DNA of 64,000 nucleotides from Eledone cirrhosa (lineage: Eukaryota). Location of the stretch: NCBI GenBank assembly GCA_964016885.1, contig OZ024740.1:372062001-372126000 (forward strand), read 5' to 3'. This document shows positions 27,857 through 40,500 of the stretch, piece by piece; the first letter of the stretch is position 1; each line of letters opens with the position of its first letter. The translations under genes were made by a program, and so were the position numbers. The notes under the pieces were generated by a model that was not told the origin of the DNA, searched no databases, and was given only the letters and a program-made list of their open reading frames with translations.

Positions 27857-27922
27857 GTATATATGTATGTATATGTGTGTATATATGTGTGTGTATATAT
27901 ATATATATACATATATATATAT

Positions 27923-27976
<54 letters not shown>

Positions 27977-28040
27977 GTATGTATAATATGTATATGCATA
28001 TATATATGTATATGTGTATATATATATATATATGAGTGTG

Positions 28041-28129
<89 letters not shown>

Positions 28130-28131
<2 letters not shown>

Positions 28132-28550
28132 TGGTAAACGGAATAGAAAATGCTGACAAATTGTTCACAGTTGAAAAATGGTTTAATTAGGAATAAAAGA
28201 GTATTAGTGATTGTATGGGTTAGTATTCAGTTGTGGTTTTAAGTTTTTAAGTTCTTACCGGTTGCGCATTTCTAAATGCTTTTCAAAAATAATTTTGAGA
28301 TAGAGTGTCCGATCAGAGCAAACAACACGGACACTCTATCTCAAAATTATTTTTGAAAAGCATTTAGAAATGCGCAACCGGTAAAAACTTAAAAACTTAA
28401 AACCACAACTGAATACTAACCCATACAATCACTAATACTCTTTTATTCCTAATTAAACCATTTTTCAACTGTGAACAATTTGTCAGCATTTTCTATTCCG
28501 TTTACCAATATATAATAACTTGTGTGTTACACCTCTATTCTTTTAACTAT
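28130..28550. repeat. Fold-back of head-to-head pLTR fragments (same family as 8765-9190)
   Basis: Near-identical ~180-bp arms (28130-28311 / 28328-28510) between TA tracts. Confidence 0.85.
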
Positions 28551-28554
28551 ATAT

Positions 28555-30012
28555 ATTGTTATACTTGGGGAGGGTCATATTTGTGTAATAATATTGCCAG
28601 AATTAATAACAGAACACACTCACTGTTTGGTTGGTTTTCGCTTCTGTGTCTTTTATATCGGTTAATTTAATTTATTCGGTCCTCAATGTTGCCATTGACT
28701 GACCAACGGTAAAAAATACAGATACAATATAGACACAAACACATATATATAGTGTATCAAATTTCTTTCGTTGCACATCTGCAACATCGTCAGTGTTGCT
28801 AATATGTTTCCTCCCGTTGCATTGTATGCTTACGCCATCTTTATTTAGTCTGTTTATTTACTTATTTATTTATTTATTTTTATTTTGTCTTCTCTGCGCA
28901 TGCGTTTGCGTGTGTATATAGTGTTTTGTTTGATGTGTGTTCTTGTTTGGGTGACTGTGTTTTGGTTAATGTATTCTATCTTAGTTTACTAGTGTGTGTT
29001 TAAATGTGTTTGTTGTTATTGTGCTTGTGTATTTATTTATTTATTTATACTTCTCTTAGGTCAGTGTTGTTTGTTTGGGTGTTTGTTATTCCATTCATTT
29101 TTTCTGTTTAGCCTTGGCCTTCTAAGTTCTATTTCGCTGGCCTCTCTGATTTGCCTATCTGCTGGGTCATTTCTATGTTTAGATATTATTCTAACTTCTA
29201 TGTTGTCTATGTTACCGTTGTGTTGTTGTCTGGCATGTTCGTATAGTACTTAACAGTTTTTTCGTCCTTTTAGTTCCCCCCAGTGTTGCTCTATCCTTTC
29301 ACCTAGGCTACGAGCTGTCTCGCCTATGTATGTTGTTGTCATCTTTCTGCAAGTACCCTCTGTACATCTTATGCTATAGACTACGTTTCTAGTTTTACAG
29401 TTTATCCGGGGGTTTACTCTACATATGATACATTTCCTATTATACAGTGAGTTTTCATAAAAGGGTAGGTTTTGCAGATCAGGGATTTTATGGTGGTTCC
29501 TGGCTTTTCTACCACCTTAGCATCTAGCAATCATAACAATAATAATAATGCTAATGATAGGAACAACAACAACCACCATAATAACAATAATAGCAACACA
29601 CACAAATATGACGATAGATATAATGACAACCCCTTAGAGAAACTATTCTTCAACCCAGCTGACAAAACATATAAGATGGGTAATATCTATCCTACGAGGT
29701 TACCCTTTAATAAAAGAGTTTGCGCATACCACAACAAATAGATGACGAGACAGAGGCACAGTTCACCATAGCTAGAAATAAGATTAGACAAATAGTAGAC
29801 CGGTATACTAAGAGACAGAGCAGACCAGAGGTCCAACAACTTGGGAGGAAACCTGTAGAAGGCTTGGTTAGCCTCAAGCAGCGCACAAGGGAAGGTGAGG
29901 TAATATGTCTACCCACGGATAAGTCTGGTAGGATGTCAATAGACAGCATGCCGAACTACATCAAGGCTATGCAACCCCACATCACCAACACGAGCGAAAT
30001 TGCACAGCAATG
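28555..30012 (-). mobile_element. PLE fragment related to the 55.9-62.4 kb family, with a 5' inversion
   Basis: 29080-29530 (-) encodes [27 protein letters not shown]. 29530-30012 (+) encodes the N-terminal Asn-rich..LPFNKR..PTDKSGRMS part. pLTR 28555-28800 has a decayed HHR at ~28755-28797 (-). Confidence 0.85.
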
Positions 30013-30080
30013 AACCTTGACGTGAATTTAACCCAAAAAACTCTTTCCGAGCAATGTAAGGAACACTTTTGGTTATTTAT

Positions 30081-30120
30081 GCCCTTGAGAAGCCCACCTG
30101 TGCGAAACGTACGTAGGTGC
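30081..30120 (+). ncRNA. Minimal hammerhead variant (U3-A8 core) in a heterologous pLTR fragment 30013-30330
   Basis: CC-TTGAGAA-GCCCACCTGTGC-GAAA-CGTACG-TA-GG; palindromic stem III, GUA site. Confidence 0.7.
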
Positions 30121-30442
30121 TGTTTTAAATAAACATATTTTAACGGTCTATTCTCCGATTTCTCTGTGTTCCACGTGCTTACGCTCTGCTAACTATCTAG
30201 CCCACTAAATATTAACACTTCGAATATTTAATACTGCGGGCACTAGTATCGAGCACCTTTGGCATACGCTACTTGCCAAATAACTATATGTACACCTATC
30301 CTCCCCTTTTTTTCTCTCTCTCGATACGTAAATACTGTATATATATATATTTGTGTATGTGTTTATGTATTTTGTATATGAGTATATATGTGTATTTCTG
30401 TAGATGTGTTTGTATATGTTTATATATGTGTATATTTATGTG

Positions 30443-30492
<50 letters not shown>

Positions 30493-30498
<6 letters not shown>

Positions 30499-30945
30499 TA
30501 AGAGGAATTCCAACTTTGTCTGATTTACTCGTTTTATTTACAATCCTTTAACATATATATAATGGTATTATAATGAAATAGTATGATAGAATATTAAATT
30601 CTAAGTGTTAATTGAACAAGTACTTTCATGCTTTCGCAATCTTCAGGTTCATGATATGTGGTGACAGTCGAGTTTGCAATTTTCAACTGAAAATGTTCAG
30701 TTGAAAATTGCAAACTCGACTGTCACCACATATCATGAACCTGAAGATTGCGAAAGCATGAAAGTACTTGTTCAATTAACACTTAGAATTTAATATTCTA
30801 TCATACTATTTCATTATAATACCATTATATATATGTTAAAGGATTGTAAATAAAACGAGTAAATCAGACAAAGTTGGAATTCCTCTTATTAATATAATCT
30901 TCTATACACAATCATACACACCCGTGTATATTTACCTATCTATAT
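30493..30945. repeat. Near-perfect palindrome of two pLTRs of the 20.5-kb PLE family, one HHR per strand (30613-30651 -, 30736-30774 +)
   Basis: About 200-bp arms around a 4-nt loop at 30692-30695. HHR: TGAAC-CTGAAGA-TTGCGAAAGCAT-GAAA-GTAC-TT-GTTCA. Confidence 0.9.
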
Positions 30946-30950
30946 CTATA

Positions 30951-31027
<77 letters not shown>

Positions 31028-31141
31028 ATATGTATATGTGTATATATATATGTGTGTGTGTGTATGTATATATATATGAGTATATATATATATATATTAT
31101 ATATATATATACGTATGTATATGTGTATGTATATGTGTATG

Positions 31142-31202
<61 letters not shown>

Positions 31203-31745
31203 ATATATATTTATCCTTATCGAGCCCTCTTTGGATTTTAGTCTTCAAATTTATTATTATTACTATATATATATATATATATACATATGTGTGTGTTTGT
31301 GAATGTGTCTGTTGACACCTGGAATATAGCTTAAGAGAAATATGACAATAATGATATGATAGGCACCCAATATTTTGAACCGGTTTATAGAATTCTCTTG
31401 GCCTTTGTCACTCTAAGTAGAGCTTTAAAGAATTTGCTTTTAATGAATTTCCCTTTTCTTTAAATCCATCAACCATGACCGACCCCTAACCATCTGATAG
31501 ACACCTGAAATATAGGCATTGTTAGCTTAAGAGAAACTTAAAAATAAGGAGTGGCACGCCATTCTGAACTTGTTTATAGAATTCTTTCTGCCTTTGTCAC
31601 TCTAAATATAAATTAAAACCTTAAAGAATTAGCTTTTAATGAATTCCATTTTCTTTCAACCAATGACCTCCACCCATCTCACTCCTCACCCTCTCCTATC
31701 ACCTGAAAAAGATATAAATACCACAACATTTATATTTGGAAAGCC

Positions 31746-31796
31746 AGATTCCTGATGATTTCTAAAGAATGAAACAGTTCTAGTCCTGTAGAATCT
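31746..31796 (+). ncRNA. Type-I hammerhead, canonical, in pLTR-like repeat 31305-31880
   Basis: AGATTC-CTGATGA-TTTCTAAAGAAT-GAAA-CAGTTCTAGTCCTG-TA-GAATCT; all three stems pair, GUA site. Confidence 0.9.
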
Positions 31797-31878
31797 CATC
31801 TATATTAAACTTTTATACTCTATTATGTATTGAATACCTTACTTACTGTGGTTACCTACGATTCAAACTGGAATAACT

Positions 31879-31954
<76 letters not shown>

Positions 31955-32070
31955 ATAATAATAAATGTGAAGACTAAAATCCAAAGAGGGCTGAGTTTCA
32001 AAAGATTCTTTGCTTAAACATTAATCTGTCATTTTAATATAAATATATATTTTTTACATATAGTTATGAG

Positions 32071-32109
<39 letters not shown>

Positions 32110-32239
32110 TTAAAATAACAGATTAAAGTTTAAGCAAGTAATCGCTACTTTCACCCTTAACGAGATCTTCTGAAACTAAAAAAGTCAATCTGTGAACGCA
32201 GAAGTAAATATTTCAAAAAACGTTGCAACCGAAGGAAGA

Positions 32240-33092
32240 CAATATATTGAGTTATAAACTCAAAATAGTCTTTTACAATTAAATAGCTCAAAGAAGGGAA
32301 TATTTCCGAGCCGTGTAATACAAATGAGTATATGAGAGGGATGAACACCGATACATGTATACATGTGTTCGAATTGTTAATGACCAAGTTTGATAGGTTG
32401 AAAAATAATAGTTTAAAATAATATGGTTTGCCTGTCTCGATTTAAAGTAATAAATCAATAAAAATATCAAACCTATATTCGCAATCATTATTAAGTGAAA
32501 CTCACTATCCCTGTGCTCCTCTGCGGGTATCCAGGAAAGTCGAACCTTTCACTTCAAAAGACGTAAGAAGACTGAGAACTATGTGTTGTTGAACGCACAT
32601 GTCACAGCGCCTAACGCGTCTCATACTCATGCCGCTAAAAATAGCAGCCGGTTTTATGGGACTAAAGTTAGCTCTACGTATGTAGCCGAGAATATCATAT
32701 ATTGAGTTATAAATTCAAAATAGTCTTTTACAATTAAATAGCTCAAAGAAGGGAATATTTCCGAGCCATGTAATACAAATGAGTATATGAGAGGGATGAA
32801 CACCGATACATGTATACATGTGTTCGAATTGTAAATGACCAAGTTAGCTAGGTTGAAAAATACTAATTTAAAATAATATGGTTTGCCTGTCTCGATTTAA
32901 AGTAATAAATCAATAAAAATAACAAACCTATATTCGGCAATGGTCGTGATACCCGGACAGATTCTAAATCGAGACAGGCAAACCATATTATTTTAAATTA
33001 GTAATTTTCAACCTAGCTAACTTGGTCATTTACAATTGGAACACATGTATACTTGTATCGGTGTTCATCCCTCTCATATATTCATTTGTATA
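32240..33092. repeat. Direct repeat (~455-bp period) plus inverted terminal copy, PLE pLTR-like
   Basis: 32243-32483 resembles 32698-32936; 32963-33092 is the reverse complement of part of the unit. Confidence 0.75.
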
Positions 33093-33103
33093 TATACATA
33101 TAT

Positions 33104-33193
<90 letters not shown>

Positions 33194-33410
33194 CGTAAAA
33201 TAAGAAAATATTTTTTTTTTAAAATTTAAAAAAAATTTTTTTTTCTTACTTACTTAAATTTTCACTCCAACTAATTAGTTTCTGCAATGGGATAAAGAGA
33301 ATTTCAGTACATAGAATCCAGTCCTCGCCTAGCTGTTCTTTCTACCGAATTATTATTTTTATATGAGCCGCCAGTGTCCGCGCATTGCCTGGAGGCTCAG
33401 CTGAGAATAG

Positions 33411-33492
33411 ACTCCCTGATGACGCAATGAATTCTCGACAGTTGGATTATGTAACTGTCTTTATCCCATTGCAGAAACTAATTAGTTGGAGT
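33411..33492 (+). ncRNA. Type-I hammerhead, canonical core
   Basis: ACTCC-CTGATGA-CGCAATG...CATTGCA-GAAA-CTAATTAG-TT-GGAGT. Confidence 0.9.
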
Positions 33493-33965
33493 GAAAATTT
33501 AAGTAAGTAAGAAAAAAAATTTTTTTTAAATTTAAAAAAAAAATATTTTCTTATTTTACGTCTTTTATATTATTGTTCTGCACCCTCCTGCATTGAACCA
33601 CCTAGGTACTATGACATAACCTGTGTATTTGCTGACATGGACGTGCATCTGTGCGCCTATGTTAGTTGATATATTAAATTATCTATATTTATCTCCAAAT
33701 CACTGATTTGTCGAGCAAACCTGCCAAAACCACTTCAAAATTTTTTTTGGGGTGTTAGTAGGCGTCAGTCATCTTACCATCCCATTCCTTCTAACTAGCC
33801 TCTATGTCACGTGATTGATTCTTTAGAATCGGCCATTTGACTGGAAGCAGTGAGAATTTCAGTACATAGAATCCAGTCCTCGCCTAGCTGTTCTTTCTAC
33901 CGAATTATTATTTTTATATGAGCCGCCAGTGTCCGCGCATTGCCTGGAGGCTCAGCTGAGAATAG

Positions 33966-34047
33966 ACTCCCTGATGACGCAATGAATTCTCGACAGTTGG
34001 ATTATGTAACTGTCTTTATCCCATTGCAGAAACTAATTAGTTGGAGT
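33966..34047 (+). ncRNA. Type-I hammerhead, second copy
   Basis: Same sequence as 33411-33492, offset by 555 bp. Confidence 0.9.
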
Positions 34048-34337
34048 GAAAATTTAAGTAAGTAAGAAAAAAATTTTTTTTTTAAATTTAAAAAAAAAAA
34101 AAAAAATATTTTCTTATTTTACGTCTTTTATATTATTGTTCTGCACCCTCCTGCATTGAACCACCTAGGTACTATGACATAACCTGTGTATTTGCTGACA
34201 TGGACGTGCATCTGTGCGCCTATGTTAGTTGATATATTAAATTATCTATATATATATATATATATACATGTACATGTATATATATATGTACTTATATATA
34301 TATATATATGTGTGTACACATATATATATATATAAAC

Positions 34338-34413
<76 letters not shown>

Positions 34414-34441
34414 TTATATATAAATACACACACACACACAG

Positions 34442-34491
<50 letters not shown>

Positions 34492-34689
34492 AGAAGTTAT
34501 ATTTAATTTGTTGGGATACAACAAGCAAATATTTTTATAGCTGATATAAAGCACTCAACAAATTATTGGAGTAAAAATACAATAAATTAACAAATGGAAA
34601 CTATATTTATGAAACCATATTTAAAATATTTGAAATATGTATAATGAAATAAATATGGTTTTATAAATATAGTTTCCATTCGTTAATAT

Positions 34690-34749
<60 letters not shown>

Positions 34750-35629
34750 TAGAGAATTGGATTCGCAATTGTAAGGTTGTGAGTTCGATTCCTGGACCAG
34801 GCGATGCGTTATGTCCTTGAGCAAGACACTTTATTTCACGTTGCTCCTTCTACCTGGAGTTGCGACCGATAGATAGTATTAGCAATTGGAAAGACCAACG
34901 GAAACATTGTTTCGTCGGTCCAATTTGACGAAAGTCGATCGTTCCTTTATATATATATATATATATGTGCATTCCCAACTTGTAGAAAACTTATAATGAA
35001 ACAATTGTTTGGAAAGGGAGATATATTTTAATTTTAATTATATCTCATATAAAATAATACAACTGGCTTTCCGCAAAATACATATAGTTATCACCCCAAA
35101 CATAAAATTGGGATTATACTAAGGTATAGCTTAATGTTTATTGAGTGAGATGGTAGCCAGTCAGAGTATAGCTTAAGGCTTTCTCTGTTAATGTATTGAA
35201 TATTTTACTCTTGATTTGGCCAGAGATAAATATTTCTAGATACCTTTTAAGAGTAACTTTCCGTATTTATTATTATTATGAAATATTGATTGTTATTCTG
35301 GTATCATATCTCTGTTTTTAGCCTAAGAAAATACCTATATGCGTGTATAATTAATACATGCATACATTTATTTTTTTAAAATCTAATTGAGTTATTAACA
35401 CGCAGGGCTAACATTGTTGAAAAAATTAATTGACCCAAATGTAAATTATTTTACTTTCTTGTGTTTCGCGATTGCCTCCCTTTTCCGCTTCGTGACGCTG
35501 TGAAATTCCCCATTCTGAGACTGCTGGAATTTCAAATTTGGCGGTCATTATGATGCGAGAAGGGACAATTGCTGAAACGAAAACTAACATCGGTAAGAGA
35601 TTTTTTCTTATATCAATGTTTGACGGGCA

Positions 35630-35751
35630 TCCACTGATGATTTATAAGTGCCCACCTGCATATGTTCTTACAGAAAAATGTGCAGGCTTCTACATAACCC
35701 GGACACATTCTCCCAACTTGTAGAAAACTTATAATGAAACAATTGTTTGGA
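35630..35751 (+). ncRNA. Type-I hammerhead with branched stem II
   Basis: TCCA-CTGATGA-TTTATAAG..(two inner hairpins)..CTTATAAT-GAAA-CAATTG-TT-TGGA. Confidence 0.85.
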
Positions 35752-36366
35752 AAGGGAGATATATTTTAATTTTAATTATATCTCATATAAAATAATACAA
35801 CTGGCTTTCCGCAAGATACATATAGTTAGCACCCCAAACATAAAATTGGGATTATACTAAGGTATAGCCTAATGTTTGTTGAGTGAGATGGTAGCCAGTC
35901 AGAGTATTGCTTAAGGCTTTCTCTGTTAATGTATTGAATATTTTACTCTTGATTTGGCCAGAGATAAATATTTCCAGATACCTTTTAAGAGTAACTTTCC
36001 GTATTTATTATTATTATGAAATATTGATTGTTATTCTGGTATCATATCTCTGTTTTTAGCCTAAGAAAATAACTATATGCGTGTATAATTAATACATGCA
36101 TACATTTATTTTTTAAAAATCTAATTGATTTCTTAATACGCAGGGCTAAAATTGTTGAAAAAATTAATTGACCCACGTGTAAATTATTTTACTTTCTTGT
36201 GTTTCGCGATTGACTCCTTTTCCGTTTCGTGACGCTGTGAAATTCCTCATTCTGAGACTGCTGGAATTTCAAATTTGGCGGTCATTATGATGCGAGAAGG
36301 GACAATTGGTGACACGAAAACTAACATCGGTTAGAGATTTTTTCTTATATCAATGTTTGACGGGCA

Positions 36367-36488
36367 TCCACTGATGATTTATAAGTGCCCACCTGCATAT
36401 GTTCTTACAGAAAAATGTGCAGGCTTCTACATAAACCGGACACCTTCTCCCAACTTGTAGAAAACTTATAATGAAACAATTGTTTAGA
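36367..36488 (+). ncRNA. Type-I hammerhead, second array copy (one stem I mismatch)
   Basis: As 35630-35751 but the 3' strand of stem I is TAGA instead of TGGA. Confidence 0.8.
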
Positions 36489-36698
36489 AAGGGAGATATA
36501 TTTTAATTTTAATTATATCTCATATAAAATAATGCAACTGGCTTTCCGCAAAATACATATAGTTAGCGCCCCAAACATAAAATTGGGATTATACTAAGGT
36601 ATAGCCTAAGGTTTGTTGAGTGAGATGGTAGCCAGTCAGAGTATAGCTTTAGGCTTTCTCTGTTAATGTATTGTATATATATATATATATATATATGC

Positions 36699-36746
<48 letters not shown>

Positions 36747-36774
36747 ATATGTATATATATATATATATATATAT

Positions 36775-37534
36775 TTATTTAAGAGAATAGAGGTGTAACA
36801 CACGAGTTGTGATATATTGGTAAAAGGAATAGGAAATGCTGACAAATTGTTCCCAGTGAAAAATAGTTTAATTAGGAATAAGTAAAAATTAGTAATAAGT
36901 ATTGGTTAGTATTCAGTTTTAGTTTTAGGTTTTTACCGGTTGCGCATTTCTAATGCTTTTCAAAAATAATTTTGAGATAGAGCGCCCGTGATGTTTGCTC
37001 TAATCTGATTAGTTTTGGAAATTCTACCTGATTTATGTGAAAAAAGTGGCTCCAGAGGTATTAAAATAAGTTTCGCGCCAATTCCTGTTGCAAAAATTCT
37101 TGTGGTCAAAACAATTTTGATTGGTCGGTAGGGGTCACGTGAATGTTAAAAATTGATTTTGCGCCAAATGTAGGTTTGTCGAAGAGTGTCCTTTTTCGCC
37201 TGATTGAGAAGTCACTGAAAAATAAGTCTTTTAAGACAAATATGTGTCTGCGTGTGTGTGTAGTAAAGAGGTTCATTGTTGTGATAATGGTCAGTAGGGA
37301 TGTGTGTGTGAATTGCAGTCATGTTGAAAGGTCAACAGTTCAGGTGCCTATTAAGACAAATGCGTGTGTGTGTGTGTGTGTCTGTGTGTGTGTGTGTGTG
37401 TGTCTGTGTGTGTGTGTGTGTAGCAGAGTAATTCGTGGTAGAGGGATGGTCAGTAGGAATGTGTCTGTACGTTTGTGAGGGATATTTTAACATGTTGAAA
37501 GATATATTTCAGCTCTTGTCTTATACGGAGAAGT

Positions 37535-37571
<37 letters not shown>

Positions 37572-40500
37572 TATATGTATCTTTGTATGTTAGTGTACGC
37601 GTGTGTATGTGTGTGTGGATATACATGTGTGTGTGTGTGTGTATATGTGTGTATGTGTGTGTGTGTGTCGGTGGTCCAGTATTTTTGTGATACTGGTAAA
37701 AATGGTGTACATTATTCGATATTTTCAGCAAAAACAATTCTCTGAATAGAACATGAAAAACATTAATAATAAAAGGTGTGAAATGATATATAGTATTTTC
37801 ATAATACTAAGGTGTGTGTGAGTGTCCAGATCGTACGTACTGCAAGGGGAATCCATTAGGCCCTGCCATATTGGGATACGTGTGTACAAATATGTATGTG
37901 CCCATCAGTGTGCAATGCATGTATGCGTATATGTATGTGTGTGTGTGTCGGCACGTTTATATCTATATACATCAAAAGGTATGCAAATTTGTGTATATTT
38001 GTGTTGCACCATAGAACATGTGTGTTTACGTATGTCATTGTGTTTATATGTGGATAGAGATGTATGTAGGATGTATGCTGATGTAGGTATGTATGTTGAC
38101 GTGTGTATGTTGTGGGTTCGTCTTAGGGAGAAGTGTTTAGACGGGGTCCGTATTTGTTAATAAAGTGAGATTCCTTGCTGATGCGCTGGGTGTGGGTGGC
38201 ATTATCTTTAAATTTGTAGAGGGGAAATATTCTAAAGTTGGGATGATTTTGGGCGGCACAGGTATCAATGTGTTCACTCAGTGGTATTTTGCTGTATTCC
38301 CGTATTTTAATTTGGGATCTATGGACAGTCATACGTTGGCGGAGGCTGGTTTTGTCTGGCCTATGTATTGTTCTCAACAACCTGAGCAAGTTAATACATA
38401 TATTAGATTTTCTGATGCGCATGTGAAATTGTGTTTTACTATAAAACGTTGTCCTTCTTTGAAATAGAATTCCGAACCCCCTATTAAGTTGATGCATTTT
38501 TTTACTGTGGGTTTCGTTGTTGTGGTTGGCAGTACTTTGTCCTTATGTTAGGATCTTTTTCATTGACTTAGATTGTCTTTTGCTCTTTATGATATCGTGT
38601 GTTCGAAGGATTTGGTTCATTCTATGGTCCTTTTTTAACACAGGGATGTTCTGGGGGATGGTGTCAAGGCCTAATTGTTGAGCGGGTTGTGTGTGGAGAT
38701 GTATGGAAGAGCTTTTAGTTTCGGTTGATTTACTTTAGCGTGTCTAAGGTCCTGGGTACTGAGTATTAGGGCACGTTGGATTCCATTGTCAATTAGTGAT
38801 GAAGGGTAGTCCCTGCCTATGAGTGTATCCTTTAGTTCTTGTAGCCGTAAGTAACAGGTGTTTTTATTGGAGACTATAGTACACATTCTCTTGGCTAAGT
38901 TGCAGGGAATATTAATTTTAACGTGTCTAGGGTGGCAAGAGTTGAAAGGAAGATATTGCTTGGAGTCTGTAGGCTTGTAGTATATGTCTGTTTCTATTTT
39001 TTTGTTATGAATCTTAATGAGGATGTCGAGGAAGGGGAGTTGTTGATGGCTGTATTCCATAGTAAAGTTAATATTCGTGTTGAGCCCATTTTTAAGGGTG
39101 TGAAATTCTTTAAGTTTCTCGATGTTTTCGTGCAAAAGGATGAAGCAGTCATCTAGATATCGCTTCCAGTTCTTTTCTATGTGTAAGTGGAGAGTGTTTC
39201 CAAATTTGTTTAGTACTTTAGTGTAGAGGGTGATTTCCAGGTATACCATGACTAGGTTGACGTAAGTGGGGGTTGTTTTCGTTCCCATAGCGGTCCCAGA
39301 TTTCTGCCTGTAGGATTTGTTATTGAAAACGAAGTAATTGTTCTTCAAGATAAATTTGAGTCCCTCTATCACGAATTCTTTTTTGATACGTTGTGGGAGT
39401 TCATTGTGGTAATTATCCAGCCAGAATTGGATAGCTTCTATTCCTAGGTTATGGGGATGTTGGAGTATAGTTTGACTACATCGAACGTCACTAGTAGGGT
39501 TCGTTCAGAAAGGGGCATATTAGGGAGGTGATTGAGCATATCTAGGTCGTCCCTTATATAGCTTTTGATGTGCTTGAGAAAAGGCTTGAGAAGGGTATCA
39601 ATGAAGTTGCTAAAGCGGTGGGTTTCGCAAGCGGGGCCTGCTATTATAGGTCTTAATTTGAGATCATTGGGTGAGGAGACATTGATGACTATGTCTGTGG
39701 CTTCCTTGCATGCCTTACTTATTAATTCGCTTTTATGTACTTTAGGGATACCGTAGAAAAGGATGGATTTACTTGTGAAGTCTGTGATGAAGCTGAATTC
39801 CTTGTTAGTGAGTCCTTCTTTGTATTGGTTGATCAGAGTTTTTAGGTTTCTCATAATTTTCTGTTGATTGTAGTGTTCAGCCTTTTCGTAGTATGTTTCG
39901 TTTTCCAAAGTGGAGAGCGGTAAGTTGATATAGAATTCTGTCTCCATTAGGACTACTGTACACCCTTTATCAGCCTCTTTAATTGTAATGGTTTTGTCGG
40001 TTTTTAATCTATTTAATTCTTCCCATTCTTTCTTGTTGAGGTTTGGCTTGTATTTTTGTCTGTGCAAGTGTTGGTAAGGGAAGTTTGTGATGTGTTCACA
40101 GAATTCGTCCAGGATTTTATTTCTACCTTTTGATGGGGTGTAGTTGCTTCTATTTCTGGCTAATCATTTATCCTCATTGTACTGGTCGAATAGTTCTTCA
40201 CTGAGTCGTAACTTTCTACAGAAGTCTGTGATATCTTCCTTCATTCCATAGTAGTTAGGACGTAGTGGGGTCGGTGTGAATTTAAGACCTTTGGAGAGTA
40301 AGTTGATAAGGTTGGGTGTTGGTTCTGCACTAGATAAATTGATAATTTTTATTACTCTCGGTTTCTCCTCCCTGTCTTGTGTTATTTTGTTTGCCTGTAT
40401 CTGTGTGCTGTGTCTAAAAAATTGTTGGGGTAGAGGGGTTGTCTGCTCCTGCGTTTGTTATATTCCTTGTTGTAAAATGGGGTTCGGGTTCGTGGTTGTA

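Larger units (their letters stand above)
33185..34250 (+). mobile_element. ORF-less tandem HHR element (555-bp unit, 1.7 copies) with inverted 5' fragment; retrozyme or mini-PLE candidate
   Basis: Units start at 33297 and 33852 and are almost identical. 33185-33298 is an inverted partial copy. Flanked by (TA)n. Confidence 0.8.
34970..36672 (+). mobile_element. ORF-less tandem array, ~737-bp unit, 2.3 copies, one HHR per unit; retrozyme candidate
   Basis: GAAACAATTG recurs at 34998, 35736 and 36473. Units differ by scattered substitutions. Flanked by (TA)n. Confidence 0.85.
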
